Shown here: in pieces, positions 25,676-37,900 of the stretch
Position numbering within the stretch: the stretch's first letter is position 1
How the letters are laid out: each line of letters starts with the position of its first letter
Source of the DNA: Mytilus californianus
Lineage: Eukaryota
Direction: 5' to 3'
Length of the DNA: 64,000 nucleotides
NCBI RefSeq assembly: GCF_021869535.1
Contig: NW_026262679.1
Coordinates: forward strand, 92,711,982 to 92,775,981
Made by a program: the position numbers and the translations under genes
The notes under the pieces: generated by a model
Databases searched by the model: none
Seen by the model: the letters and a program-made list of their open reading frames with translations, nothing else
What the model was told of the DNA's origin: nothing

Positions 25676-28322
25676 TTTTATTCCACTGTTTAAACATAAT
25701 GATAGTTTAATCAATATTTGATTGGTTGAGACTATCCCACGTGTCATTGAACAAATCTTCATATTCCATTCTGAAGATCATATTCTCCTCTGAAATGTCG
25801 GGATTACTTCATGCGACGTTACGCCAAAAACAAAAAGACTTATAATTAAATTTTGATCCTTATACTGTTTATCAATAGGTATGTCGTGTTTAATTTGACT
25901 TACGAAAACAAGCGGATAAGAAAAAAAATGTATGCAAAATAATATTTAATGTATTGATAGTAAACAAAGCATAGACAGTGGAATAAAACATTCATTTCCC
26001 TTTGCCTCGGGAGATATGAAGATTTGCTCACCCTCGAAAAATCATATTTCCCTCGGGCAGAACTTATATACATTTACGCTACAAATCTACAACTCAGTTT
26101 TGGCTACACGTCACATGCTTATCTATCAAGTCATGCATATTCAATAGATCAGTAGGCATGCACAAAAACGTAACATACACGATAATGACCAGCCAGTACA
26201 CCCTATTCTGATTTTATTAACCAGTATTAAAATAATTAAAAGACAAATATAACACAACAATCTGCTTTCAAATTTGTTGAACATTATAATCAAGAAACAC
26301 CAAGAAGCAATAAGGAGACAAGGGAGTAGGCCCGGTAAGACCCCTTTTTGGCCCCAAAATATAGCATTTTTACAAATTTGTTGAAATGTAAACTTTTAGC
26401 TATTTATTGGAATGTAGAATACTTATGTTCCATAAATATGGGCTGTTTCTGACAATACAGTGCACATGTATCAGGTACTAGCATCATAAATTCATGCAAA
26501 ATTCCTGAATTGTCACAATTTTAGCATTTGTGCTAATTTTAAGACGGTTTTTGTCTAAAATGGAAGTGGCCGCATTTGTGTTTTTATTCCACTGTTTAAA
26601 CATATTGATAGTTTAATCAATATTTGATTGGTTGAGACTATCCCACGTGTCATTGAACAAATCTTCATATTCCATTCTGAAGATCATATTCTCCTCTGAA
26701 ATGTCGGGATTACTTCGTGCGACGTTACGCCAAAAACAAAAAGACTTATAATTAAATTTTGATCCTTATACTGTTTATCAATAGGTATGTCGTGTTTAAT
26801 TTGACTTACGAAAACAAGCGGATAAGAAAAAAAATGTATGCAAAATAATATTTAATGTATTGATAGTAAACAAAGCATAGGCAGTGGAATAAAACATTCA
26901 TTTCCCTTTGCCTCGGGAGATATGAAGATTTGCTCACCCTCGAAAAATCATATTTCCCTCGGGCAGAGCCCTTGTGAAATATGAATATTCTTGGGTGAAC
27001 AAATCTTCATATCTCCCTCTGGCACGGGGAAATAAATGTATAATGTTTAATATTTTCAACAAAAATTCAAAAAAACATTTGAAGAAAAAAATTTAAAAAA
27101 TGTATCACAGTGAATTGATAATGATGTTTTTGATTAACCGGTTACTGGAAGTCGAATTCAGGGGCATGATATGGGTTTTCCAGGGCTGATATCGATATTG
27201 GCCCCGAAGGCAAATAACCAACCTTATAAATAGTTATTGATTGACAGGTTACCGAAAGTCAAAGTCGGGGGCACAATATGGATTTTCGAGGGCTAATATC
27301 GATATTGGTCCCAAGGGCAAATAACCAACCTTGACTTCCGGCAATATTGACCATGCAAAAACGTACATATTAGTACAAAACGTGTGATAATGCAGTATAT
27401 AGCATGAATAGCATTTATGTTGATTTCAATATTATTAGAAGTTATAAATTTGTTTGTCAGTGTCGCTTAAATCAAAAAGCGTTGAATGCCGTAGAGGATC
27501 CAAAATTGAAGAATATGTACAGAATAAATATAACAGAAGTTGGTGCAATCCTTAGTCAACATTAATTAGCAATTTTTCATATGACTGTAATTGATCTTGA
27601 TAATCTTTTCAACTGGTGTAATAACATTATTTTATTATGGGGCTGGAACGACTTGGGCCCAATTGACTTGGGGCCAGAACAACCTTATACCATTATATTG
27701 TATTCTCAAAACTACTTATATACATTTACGCTACAAATCTACAACTCAGTTTTGGCTACACGTCACATGCTTATCTATCAAGTCATGCATATTCAATAGA
27801 TCAGTAGGCATGCACAAAAACGTAACATACACGATAATGACCAGCCAGTACACCCTATTCTGATTTTATTAACCAGTATTAAAATAATTAAAAGACAAAT
27901 ATAACACAACAATCTGCTTTCAAATTTGTTGAACATTATAATCAAGAAACACCAAGAAGCAATAAGGAGACAAGGGAGTAGGCCCGGTAAGACCCCTTTT
28001 TGGCCCCAAAATATAGCATTTTTACAAATTTGTTGAAATGTAAACTTTTAGCTATTTATTGGAATGTAGAATACTTATGTTCCATAAATATGGGCTGTTT
28101 CTGACAATACAGTGCACATTTATCAGGTACTAGCATCATAAATTCATGCAAAATTCCTGAATTGTCACAATTTTAGCATTTGTGCTAATTTTAAGACGGT
28201 TTTTGTCTAAAATGGAAGTGGCCGCATTTGTGTTCAGTCTTTATATTAAAATATATATGTATTTGATGACCATACATAACATATATAAGGGTTGAGACTG
28301 AACACGAATGTGGCCACTTCCA
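25676..28322. repeat. Rearranged segmental duplication: A (25676-26060), B (26061-26583), A' (26584-26966), insert X (26967-27711), B' (27712-28245), ending in a hairpin
   Basis: A and A' share about 380 bp at about 97% identity, and B and B' share about 520 bp at about 98%. X starts with an inverted copy of the last 55 bp of A, making a 55-bp-arm palindrome across 26910-27015. X also contains two tandem units of about 107 bp (27140-27355). B' ends in a 27-bp-arm hairpin, ggaagtggccgcatttgtgttcagtct / agactgaacacgaatgtggccacttcc. Confidence 0.7.
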
Positions 28323-29487
28323 TGTTAGACAAAAACAATCTGATAAGTGACATGGCATATTGATAGATTTTTCATGTTAAAGCTTGAATTTGAGCGTCTT
28401 AAATGACCAACTCATTTTAAATCTTTGACATAAACTAATTGAATCGACTGAAGTCAGTCTTCACAATGAACTTTTAAATCTACAGGCCCGGAACTTAATT
28501 TTTGGAGAATTTTAGTTAGATTCTGTTGGCCTGTAGAGATGATTTTTACAGGCCCGAGAGCAATTTTACAAGCCTGGGCTGCTGGGCCTGTGGTTCAGCG
28601 TGAAGACTGTGAAGTAGACACTTAAGTGTTTAAAAAATGTCAAAAATCTTTCATCAGATGTACTTTGAATTTTAGGCCAAAACTAGCCCTCACCGGACCT
28701 TCTCCTTTAGTGTCAAGAAAGTTGATATGTACTTTATTTGTCTTAACCACAGGTATGAGACAAGATTGTTTTTAATATATGTATAACAACATGTATACTA
28801 ACAAGGTCAAAAACTTGCTCCTTCAGAGAAAATTATGGATGATAGTTGGGATGAATATTTTCATAAACGGTTTGTTAAACCATCTAGTACTTTACACTGT
28901 TGGAAAGATCAATATTTTAATGCCCCCACCGTAGCGGGACACAGCTCGTTGGTTTTATCGTGCAATACTGGAGTACTTACCTGGAAAAATATCTACTAAA
29001 TGGGAAAAGAATAATATGCATTTTACGCTTTGTTCGTCATTGCCTTATTGACTTTAAACCCTCTACATCATTATCTGGGCTAGATAATTTTAGTCCAAGG
29101 CATGATCTACCATAACTAATAGCTCAATCACTACATGTACCAATTAAGTAAACAATAATTAAATAAACATCTTTTGAATATAAATGATTACAAAGTCTAA
29201 CCAGATCAAACAAAAGTTACATTTTATATCCGTAAAGAAAAGATGTTATTTGATCATGATGATAAGGAGTCATTGATGTGATGCCTGATTGTCCGTTTTA
29301 TTGTTATTTTGTTTTTTCTTCGAAACTATATTTCGCCTTTATATGTGCAACATGTTTGTAAAGTACATGTACATGTATTTGACAGTTATATATTTAAAAC
29401 AGAACAAATAAAAAATCTGCATAAACATGATAAATTAATTTTTTAAAACTCTAAATTACATTTGTATATGCATATTTTCTGTTTCAG

Positions 29488-29611
29488 AATTATGAAATGT
29501 CGTCAACTGACAGAAACAAACTCCTAATGGGAGACAATAAGTCTATGTTATCAACTAGTTCATCATTGATGTCGAAATGGTCACTGAAGACAGACTTGAC
29601 ATCCCAAACTG
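29488..29611 (+). CDS. TEP1: TEP1 orthologue, first coding exon seen (CDS from ATG 29497)
   Basis: Acceptor tttcag at 29482-29487 means a 5'UTR exon lies upstream. ATG at 29497, with an out-of-frame uATG at 29492 giving an 11-aa uORF. Translation MSSTDRNKLLMGDNKSMLSTSSSLMSKWSLKTDLTSQT. Donor ACTG|GTTGGT leaves phase 1, which joins in frame with the next exon. Confidence 0.5.
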
Positions 29612-30602
29612 GTTGGTTTTAATTTTACAATAAAAGTTTGAATTATGTAATTTTCATGAAGAATTAAAATACTGTAAATATGGAAATGATTAAAATATTT
29701 CCAATTTAAGCAGCATAAATTTGTTCGTAAATATCTGAATATCCTTAGAATGTTATACATGTAGATGAATAAAAAGGTATGTGAAATATAAGTCAATAAT
29801 ACAGAAACCCAACAACACAAAAGCTCAATAAGTCACACACTGTTTTCAACCATAGTCAAGTGTCTATACATTGTTTCTTTAAGCTCTAAATTGAGCACTA
29901 AAATGCCCAGAGTCAAGACAAGCTGTGTCCATGTTTAACCGAGAGTAACCTAGATTGCCAATTGCAATAACACCAGATTTTTTAGCGGACAAAATCATTA
30001 GAATTTGATTAAAGACAACCAATTTCTTTCATGACAATGTTCCTAATTTTATGTACATGTATTATAATTAAGCTAATGTTTTTCTTTTAATCTGAATATG
30101 ATTATATTTGATGATTAAAAATCATGTTACATTGTATTATATATGAAGTTGTAGACATATATTATGACAGAGAACAGGTCTTGTATTCAAGGAACTCTAC
30201 ATGCTTACTGTTTATTCGTAAAAAAAATGTTTTAGTGTTGACACTTAAATTTGTATGTAAGCCTCTCATCCCTTGCATTAAAAAATTCAGAAAATATTTT
30301 TAGCTGACAGAATTTCAGAAGAACAATACTAACAAGATCTTAATAAAAAGAAAGGATATGGGGTATCCATCTATGGCTCAAATTCAGAATATGTACAGCG
30401 AAAAAAACAAAAATCAAAGAACAGCGCTTTTATTGCTGTTTTTCATCTCAAATTGACTGTTACAGCTGAAAGAAAAACAAGATATTTTTGTGTGTTCAGG
30501 TCATGATTGTTTACACAAGGAGTGAATAATTTATGTGAACTTTTCTGTGTGAATGTGACCAACACTACCTTTTCCTAATAAATTAATACACCTTTTTTTC
30601 AG

Positions 30603-31348
30603 GTTTAGGCCTAACGGCAGGATTGGTAAAAATGGAGAAGCCATCTTCTGTGACAACTTCAGGAAGAAGTAGGCTTGACCAAAATTCTTCAAATAATGGT
30701 GGAAAGATTACATCTTCAGCCTTACAAAATACATTACTTGGACCAACAAAGTCGAGTTTTTCATTGTCAGGAACTCCAGGATTGTCATCAAATTTGACTA
30801 GCAGTTTGACCACATCATCCAATTTGTCTAGTAGACTTGGTTTGTCATCAGGTTTAAGTAGCAGGCTTGGACCATCCTCCAAATTAACAAGCAGTCTTCT
30901 GACAAAGTCTGACCAATCAAAACTTAGCTCATTGAGAAGTGATGAAACTAGAACTGACCAAACTTCTTCCGTGTTTAAGGAAAATTTACAATCAAATTTA
31001 CTGAAGTCAAACTCGCCTCTTGTCACGATAAAAATAGAACCAGTCACATCCTTCAGTTCTAGCGCTTTTTCAACTCAAAGTACACTAACAAGGCAATTGA
31101 GCTCAGATAAAAGGGAGACAACCAAAAGAAAGAGTAATGATCGCTCTGCAGTCAAATCAAGAAAGAAGATTATGAACAATGATGGGAAAGTTACTACCAT
31201 AACTAGATATGAGGTCAAACCACCACAGTATAAATTGGAAGTAGACATTAAAGACAAAGGAATTGATATCCCAGACTTTGTATCACCAGCACAGGATCCA
31301 AGTTTGAAACCTATTTCTAAACCATTACATGATGTGAATGGTATAAAG
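30603..31348 (+). CDS. TEP1: TEP1 exon 2, Ser/Thr/Leu-rich low-complexity N-terminal region
   Basis: Acceptor ttttttcag|GT. 248 codons in frame from exon 1. Degenerate SSxLxSSL repeats (..SSNLTSSLTTSSNLSSRLGLSSGLSSRLGPSSKLTSSLL..). Donor AAG|GTATTG, phase 0. The supplied ORF 30623-31492 runs on into the intron. Confidence 0.6.
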
Positions 31349-31761
31349 GTATTGATATCTACACAATATCTGGTGTCAAAATTAGGCATTGTTTTGCATT
31401 TGCCAGAAAGAATGATTGAAATTATCATCCACTGGCCCTTTCTTAAATGTTTAGGGATTCTATTCATGTCAGGTTGGGTTGGTGGATACTGAGTTACACC
31501 CTCTAAAACAGACAATTTTGAAGTTGCAGCTCAATCACTTGAGTATGTATGTTTCAATAAAGTTAATCCCCTTAAAAGTTTTTAAATTCTTTTCAGTTGC
31601 CTGAGAAATGAACTGTTCATTCAGAAAATTGGTTTTGTAAAAAGAAATAGTTATAAATGCATATGGAAAAGAAATATATAAGTAATTCTAATAGTCTGGT
31701 GCTTTTGATGTGATGAAAAAAAGTCATTGCTTAACATGTATTTTAAAATTTATTATTTTAG

Positions 31762-31896
31762 CTTGGTTTCATCAATGCTGTCAGTGGTTCACTTATTTGC
31801 CAACCAGATTTTAGAAATTCAGTAGACAATACTAGAATAACACTATCCAACATGGCAAAGAGTTTGGTTGTTTATGATCCAGAGTTTATATTGAAG
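31762..31896 (+). CDS. TEP1: TEP1 exon 3 (start of TROVE region)
   Basis: tttag|CTT ... AAG|GTAACT. LGFINAVSGSLICQPDFRNSVDNTRITLSNMAKSLVVYDPEFILK aligns to human TEP1 ..LLEPEFILK. Confidence 0.85.
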
Positions 31897-32159
31897 GTAA
31901 CTACATATGTGGTAAACTTTTTATCCCCCACAGAGCCTCAGTGAGGGTATTGCTATAGGGCAATATGATTTATTATACTTCATGTCAAAATGCCAGATTT
32001 TGATTGGTTAATACGAGGGAGACAATTTACTCTATCCCATGGTAAACGCTCAAGTGTGCTCTTTAGTAAATACAGATGATTGTTATGTACACGACGTCAT
32101 AGTTTATTACTTCGAATTTAACATTTAATAGACAGTAATAACAGAATATTCAGTATAAT

Positions 32160-33490
32160 AAATTAAATAACACATATCTGAGAGGGTGATAGAGCAGATT
32201 GTTACCCCTCGAAAAGACATTGTCAACCTTGGCTAAGTCGCCTCAGTTGACAATGCAGTGGTCTCGTTAGCCCAAAATAGAAGGGCGCCGCATCCTGGGT
32301 GCCCTCAGCCGGGCCCTGGGTGCCTTCATCCGCGCCCTTCTGCCCTGACACCTTTTCCCCAAAAACCTTTGTGACGTTTTGGTAAAATTGCCTTTTGTTT
32401 CATCGATTTCTTATCACAAAGTTAAATTACATATATGACACCAGGTGATTGCCCCCAGGTTAATCATGTCATTACAATCAATTACAGTGGATAAGACTTC
32501 AAAGGTGTTAATAACTAGGTAATTTGATTTAGACAATGTACCTTTTTGTCATAAATTTGATGAATGTGTCAGCGAGTGTTTTTAGCTTGGGTCGGCATTT
32601 TCGATCTCCAAGAAGAGTGTATAAATGAAGACTTTCATGACTTTAGAATAGAATTTAAGACATCAAAATACTGCCTTCACAGAAACGCCGTCCATCTCAA
32701 CTTGTGAGCGACAAGCAAACAGTAAACGTGTTAGAAATTAATTTTGGAGTTACTTCCCCTGTTTTAGCTTATTACAAATTTGTGCTCCTAAAATATTATC
32801 TAGTATTAAAAATAGGAATAAATTACCAATTGAATACAAAATTATATAAGAATGTTACCTTAAGGATATTAACTGTCTTTGAACATACGAAAAAAAATAT
32901 ATTGCAATATATTTTTGATAATCATACTTTTAGCAATCCATGTTCTATACATTGTCAATTAAGGAATTTATTAGTTCAATTGTTATGTTGATGTTAAGCT
33001 GCAATCCTACATAAATGGGTAGTGTGAAGTTAAACTATCATAACATCAACTTGATGAAGCTTTACTAAATAATTCCTTAACACAAACAATGATTAAAAGT
33101 TTTGAGGGCCAAACTCTAGCTGAAAATTTTGAAATAAGACAACTCTGTCACATGTATGCTAAACTATGAGATGTTTAGTTTATGTTGTTTTTTTTTTGAA
33201 AAAGGGGGGGGGGGGGGGGGGGGGTGGAGAATAGTAAGTTAATTTGCCTCTATTGGTTTATAGTGATGTGATGTATGAATGTGTATTGACATGTTTTATG
33301 AACATGTTGTATGAATTACATTTTCTAATGCAAATTTTATAGAATAAATAATCAAAACAACAACTTATTCATAAAAAAGTGCCCTGCCCTCCACTGGCAC
33401 CCTGCCCCTTTTGATTTCTAGCTGGAGCACTGCAATGTTTTCTCTGGGTAACAATCTGCTCTATCACCCTCTCAGCTATGTGTTATTTAT
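32160..33490. mobile_element. Non-autonomous TIR DNA transposon of about 1.33 kb in TEP1 intron 3
   Basis: 43-bp terminal inverted repeats: AAATAACACATATCTGAGAGGGTGATAGAGCAGATTGTTACCC at 32160, and GGGTAACAATCTGCTCTATCACCCTCTCAGCTATGTGTTATTTAT at 33446. GC-rich sub-terminal blocks (32270-32350, 33368-33410). A 21-nt poly-G tract at 33204-33224. The internal ORF 32704-32991 is junk. Confidence 0.75.
33204..33224. repeat. Poly-G homopolymer (21 nt)
   Basis: aaaaa followed by G x21 then tggag. Lies inside the TIR element 32160-33490. Confidence 0.9.
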
Positions 33491-34397
33491 ATATTGTCCA
33501 TCTGTCTGTCTATTACACGTTTTTATGATAATTTGTTAAAAAAAAACTGAATTTCAATGATGGTTCATGAGGCTGCAAATATGAATTTCTTGGATGAATG
33601 TTTAGTTGGAATAATTCATCAAATATTATATGAGAAATCTAAGTTGTTGCATTGGAAAAAGTTGGATTTTGAGAAAAGCATCTTGTTTACTTCTGAACAA
33701 AAGTGAAAATGACTGTATTGCAATAAGAGCTATATATATAATAATTGCTGTTGAAGACAAAATTTCTCATACAACATTGAAACTCATATGACTTTATAGT
33801 TTAATTTATTTCCATTTACTTGTTATTTTTTGCAAAGGTACTCATCCTACTTTCACCTTAAACTTGTTTTTTTCTCTCACTTATTTAAGAGTTAATTCAT
33901 AATTATTAGAATGACAATCTATTATAAATTCAAAATTGCATGGACTGAATTCATTGTAATGTGATTTAACTAAGTTTGTGAAAGAATAATTTACTTTTCT
34001 TGTCTGTGACGAATGTCCAAGAAAGCTAGATAAAGCAAGAGCAGTGACAGTGCTAGCTGATGTATAAAATCTCTTATTTAAGTTGGTATGACATATCTTG
34101 TATATATACAAATGTCTTACTGTCTTAAGTTTCCATCAGGCATATGTTCATTGTCCTTGAACTATTTTTTTGCTTCAGTAACTGGTTTTAAATAAGCTAT
34201 AGTTTTTCTTAGAACTCGGTCAGATTGACATGTACATCTTACAATCATTTTATACACAGAAAAAGTTACCTATTACATATGGTATCGGAGAAACTGTCCT
34301 TTTTAAGAAAACTAAATGTCGACCATTGAACCATGAAGATTTCAGAATACATCTTTTTTAGCCAACAACATTCCTTTATTTGATTTTTTTTTTGTAG

Positions 34398-34559
34398 GTT
34401 GCACTGTACACCAGAAAACAACTTAACATAAGAACAACAGCAAACTTTCTGTTAGCCATGGCGGCTAATATTGATTTGTGCCGACCATTCTTAAAGAAAT
34501 ACTACTGTGCCTCTATCAGTTTACCATCAGACTGGATAGAAGTGGCTGAAATATATCAG
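34398..34559 (+). CDS. TEP1: TEP1 exon 4 (TROVE)
   Basis: ttttgtag|GTT ... CAG|GTTAGT. VALYTRKQLNIRTTANFLLAMAANIDLCRPFLKKYYCASISLPSDWIEVAEIYQ aligns to human ASLYARQQLNVRNVANNILAIAAFLPACRPHLRRYFCAIVQLPSDWIQVAELYQ. Confidence 0.9.
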
Positions 34560-36132
34560 GTTAGTACTGGTATGGTTACCTAAGGGAGATAATTTTAGGC
34601 TACAGGTACATGTAGTACCTTGAATATATCAGAGTAGTGATTCCTTATTTAGTCAAGGGACTCAATTATTGTCATGATTATGTAAGTAAATATTTTATGA
34701 TGCTTAATTTTGTTATTCTATCAGTTGTATTTTATCAAAGAAGCAAATAATTTCATTCCAATAAGTACTACACATTTAGAAATTACTGTGATGTTGGTAT
34801 AATATTGGATGTTCTACTGGAACAGGTTTCAAGAACAGAATTAATTGATAATTATTGTAAGTTGTTAAAGATTGACCAGAAAATGTTCATGCATTTAATT
34901 CGTGCGGTTGATCCAAGGTTCACGAGTGGGGGGTTATTGCCATCTTTGGGAAAAAATGAAGGAATCTATGACAAAAAATGACATTTTTCTGATAGGCATA
35001 CCCTTTTATGTCCCACCTGAATCTGCCACTGAATTATTTATTTTCAGTGTTAGAAATAAGTTTGTTTAAACAAAAGAAATCCATAAAAGTATTCCACTGA
35101 AATAAATAAATTTATTGAATTGAAGATGTAGTCTGCTCTACTACATACATAAATCAACTGTGCCATTTTGTAAAAAAATCTAAAACCCAATGTTAAACCT
35201 CTAGGTTTGCTCATTGTTACCATAATGCTTCAAATGACCTCAGGATCATTAGAGAAAAGACATGCATGAAAGTTTATTTTATGGAATTGAACTGATGTCT
35301 GAATATTCTGTACATCGTAACCATATAGAATTTACAAATCTTTAGTTTAATCTGTATTTTGTAAATAGTATTAGATATAGTTGTGATCTTACATTGATAG
35401 TCAAACACTGATATTTTTTATACGACCGCAAAAATTAAAAATTTTTTGGTCGTATATTGGTATGACGTTGGCGTCGTCGTCGTCGTCGTCTGGCGTCGTC
35501 CGAAGACACATTGGTTTTCGCACTCTAACTTTAGTTTAAGTGAATGGATCTCCATGAAATTTCACCATAAGGTTCAATACCACGAAAGGAAGGTTGGGAT
35601 TGATTTTGGGGGTTATGGTACCAACAGTTAAGGAATTAGGGGCCAAAAAGGGGCCAAAAATAAGCATTTTTGTAACTTTCAGACAATAACTTGTGTGTAA
35701 GTGTATGGATCTCTCTGACATTGTACCACAAGGTTCCATATCACAAAGGGAAGGCTGTAATTGATTTTGGGGGTAATTGCCCGAAACGTTTAGGAATTGG
35801 GGGCCAAAAAGGGGCCAAAAATAAGCATTTTTCTAGTTTCCAGACAATAACTTGTGTTCAAGTGTATGGATCTCTCTGAAATTGTACTGCAAGGTACCAT
35901 ACCACAAAGGGAAGGCTGGGATAGAGTTTGGGGGTGATGAATCATAAGGGGGTTCAAAAAATTTGGGGGGGGGGGGGGGGATTTTTTTTTTTTTTTTTTC
36001 TTTTTTTCCTTTTTTTTTCTTTTAAAATTTTCCATTTTAAGTTGGTTATTTCTGATTTATATTTAAAAGCAAATAATAATGATATGGTAGGAGATACACA
36101 CCAAACAGGATGTGTAAATTATTATATAATAA

Positions 36133-36360
36133 GTATTGTGCAATAGCAAGAAATTTTCAATTGCACAGTATTGCACAATAGCAAGAAATCTTCAATTGCA
36201 CAGTATTGCGCAATAGCAAGAAATCTTCAATTGCACAGTATTGCACAATAGCAAGAAATATCCAATAGCACAATATTGCGCAATAGCAAGAAATTGTCAA
36301 TTGTACAGTATTGCGCAATAGCAAGAAATATTCAATTGCACAGTATTGTGCAAAAGAAGA
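36133..36360 (+). repeat. 35-bp minisatellite, about 6.5 copies, each unit containing the palindrome TATTGCGCAATA/TATTGCACAATA
   Basis: The unit cacagtattgcacaatagcaagaaatcttcaattg is repeated head-to-tail. Its core ATTGCGCAAT equals the canonical C/EBP palindrome. The same array occurs at 45670-45890. Confidence 0.8.
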
Positions 36361-36399
36361 TACTTTGTATAAATTGCTTATTTCTTGACCAATTTCAAT

Positions 36400-37900
36400 G
36401 GGGTTTTATTCTTGAATTCTTGGGGTTCTTTAATATGCTGAATCTAACCTTGTATTAAGTTTTTGGATTTTGGGCCCCGTTTTTAAATTGGTCCACATTG
36501 AGGTCCAAAGGGTCCAAAATTTAACTTTGTTTGATTTCATCAAAAATTGAATTCTTGGGGTTCTTTGATATGCTGAATCTAAACATGTGTTTAGATTTTT
36601 GATTATGGGCCCAGTTTTCAAGTTGGTCCAAGTTGGGTCCAAAATTAAACTTTGTTTGATTTCAACAAAAATTGAATATATGGGGTTCTTTGATATGCTG
36701 AATCTAAACATGTATTTAGATTTTAGATTTTTGGCCCAGTTTTCAAGTTGGTCCAAATTGGGGTCCAAAATTAAACTTTGTTTGATTTCAACAAAAAATG
36801 AATATATGGGGTTCTTTGATATGCTGAATCTTACCATGTATTTAGATTTTTTATTTGTGGGCCCGCTATCAAATTGGTTCATATTGAGGTCAAAAGGGTC
36901 CAAAATTAAACTTTGTTTGATTTCATCAAAAATTGAATTATTGGGGTTCTTTGATATGCCAAATCTAACCGTGTATTTAGATTTTTAATTTTGGGTCCTG
37001 TTTTTTAAATTGGTCTACATTAAGGTCCAAAGGGTCCAAAATTAAACTTAGTTTGATTTTAACAAAAATTGAATTTTTGGGGTTCTTTGATATGCTAGAT
37101 CTAAACATGTGTTAAGATTTTTGATTATGGGACCAGTTTTCAAGTTGGTCCAAGTTGGGGTCCAAAATTAAACTTTGTTTGATTTTAACAAAAATTGAAT
37201 TTTTGGGGTTCTTTGATATGCTAGATCTAAACATGTGTTAAGATTTTTGATTATGGGACCAGTTTTCAAGTTGGTCCAAGTTGGGGTCCAAAATTAAACT
37301 TTGTTTGATTTCAACAAAAATTGAATATAACGGGTTCTTTGATATGCTAAATCTAAACATGTATTTAGATTTTAGATTTTTGGCCCAGTTTTCAAGTTGG
37401 TCCAAATTGGGGTCCAAAATTAAACTTTGTTTGATTTCAACAAAAATTGAATATATGGGGTTCTTTGATATGCTGAATCTTACCATGTATTTAGATTTTT
37501 TATTTGTGGGCCCGCTATCAAATTGGTTCATATTGAGGTCAAAAGGGTCCAAAATTAAACTTTGTTTGATTTCATCAAAAATTGAATTATTGGGGTTCTT
37601 TGATATGCCAAATCTAACCGTGTTTTTAGATTTTTAATTTTGGGTCCCGCTTTTTAAATTTGTCTACATTAAGGTCCAAAGGGTCCAAAATTAAACTTAG
37701 TTTGATTTTAACAAAAATTGAATTCTTGGGGTACTTTGATATGCTGAATCTAAACATGTGTTTAGATTTTTGATTATGGGCCCAGTTTTCAAGTTTGTCC
37801 AAGTTGGGGTCCAAAATTAAACTTTGTTTGATTTCAACAAAAATTGAATATATGGGGTTCTTTGATATGCTGAATCTAACCATGTATTTTGATTTTGGAC
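36400..37900 (+). repeat. Satellite: unit of about 125-143 bp, about 12 copies
   Basis: The unit ttgaat(tc/at)ttggggttctttgatatgctgaatctaaacatgt(g/a)tttagatttttgattatgggcccagttttcaagttggtccaa(g/a)ttggggtccaaaattaaactttgtttgatttcaacaaaaa has long and short variants. ORFs on both strands (36430-36903, 36587-36988, 37238-37949) are repeat artefacts. Confidence 0.85.

Noticed and set aside
30583-31515. Minus-strand ORFs 30583-31047 (154 aa) and 31075-31515 (146 aa)
   Set aside because: Antisense to the low-complexity TEP1 exon 2 and its 3' intron. No homology, and the sense strand is supported by in-frame joins to conserved exons.
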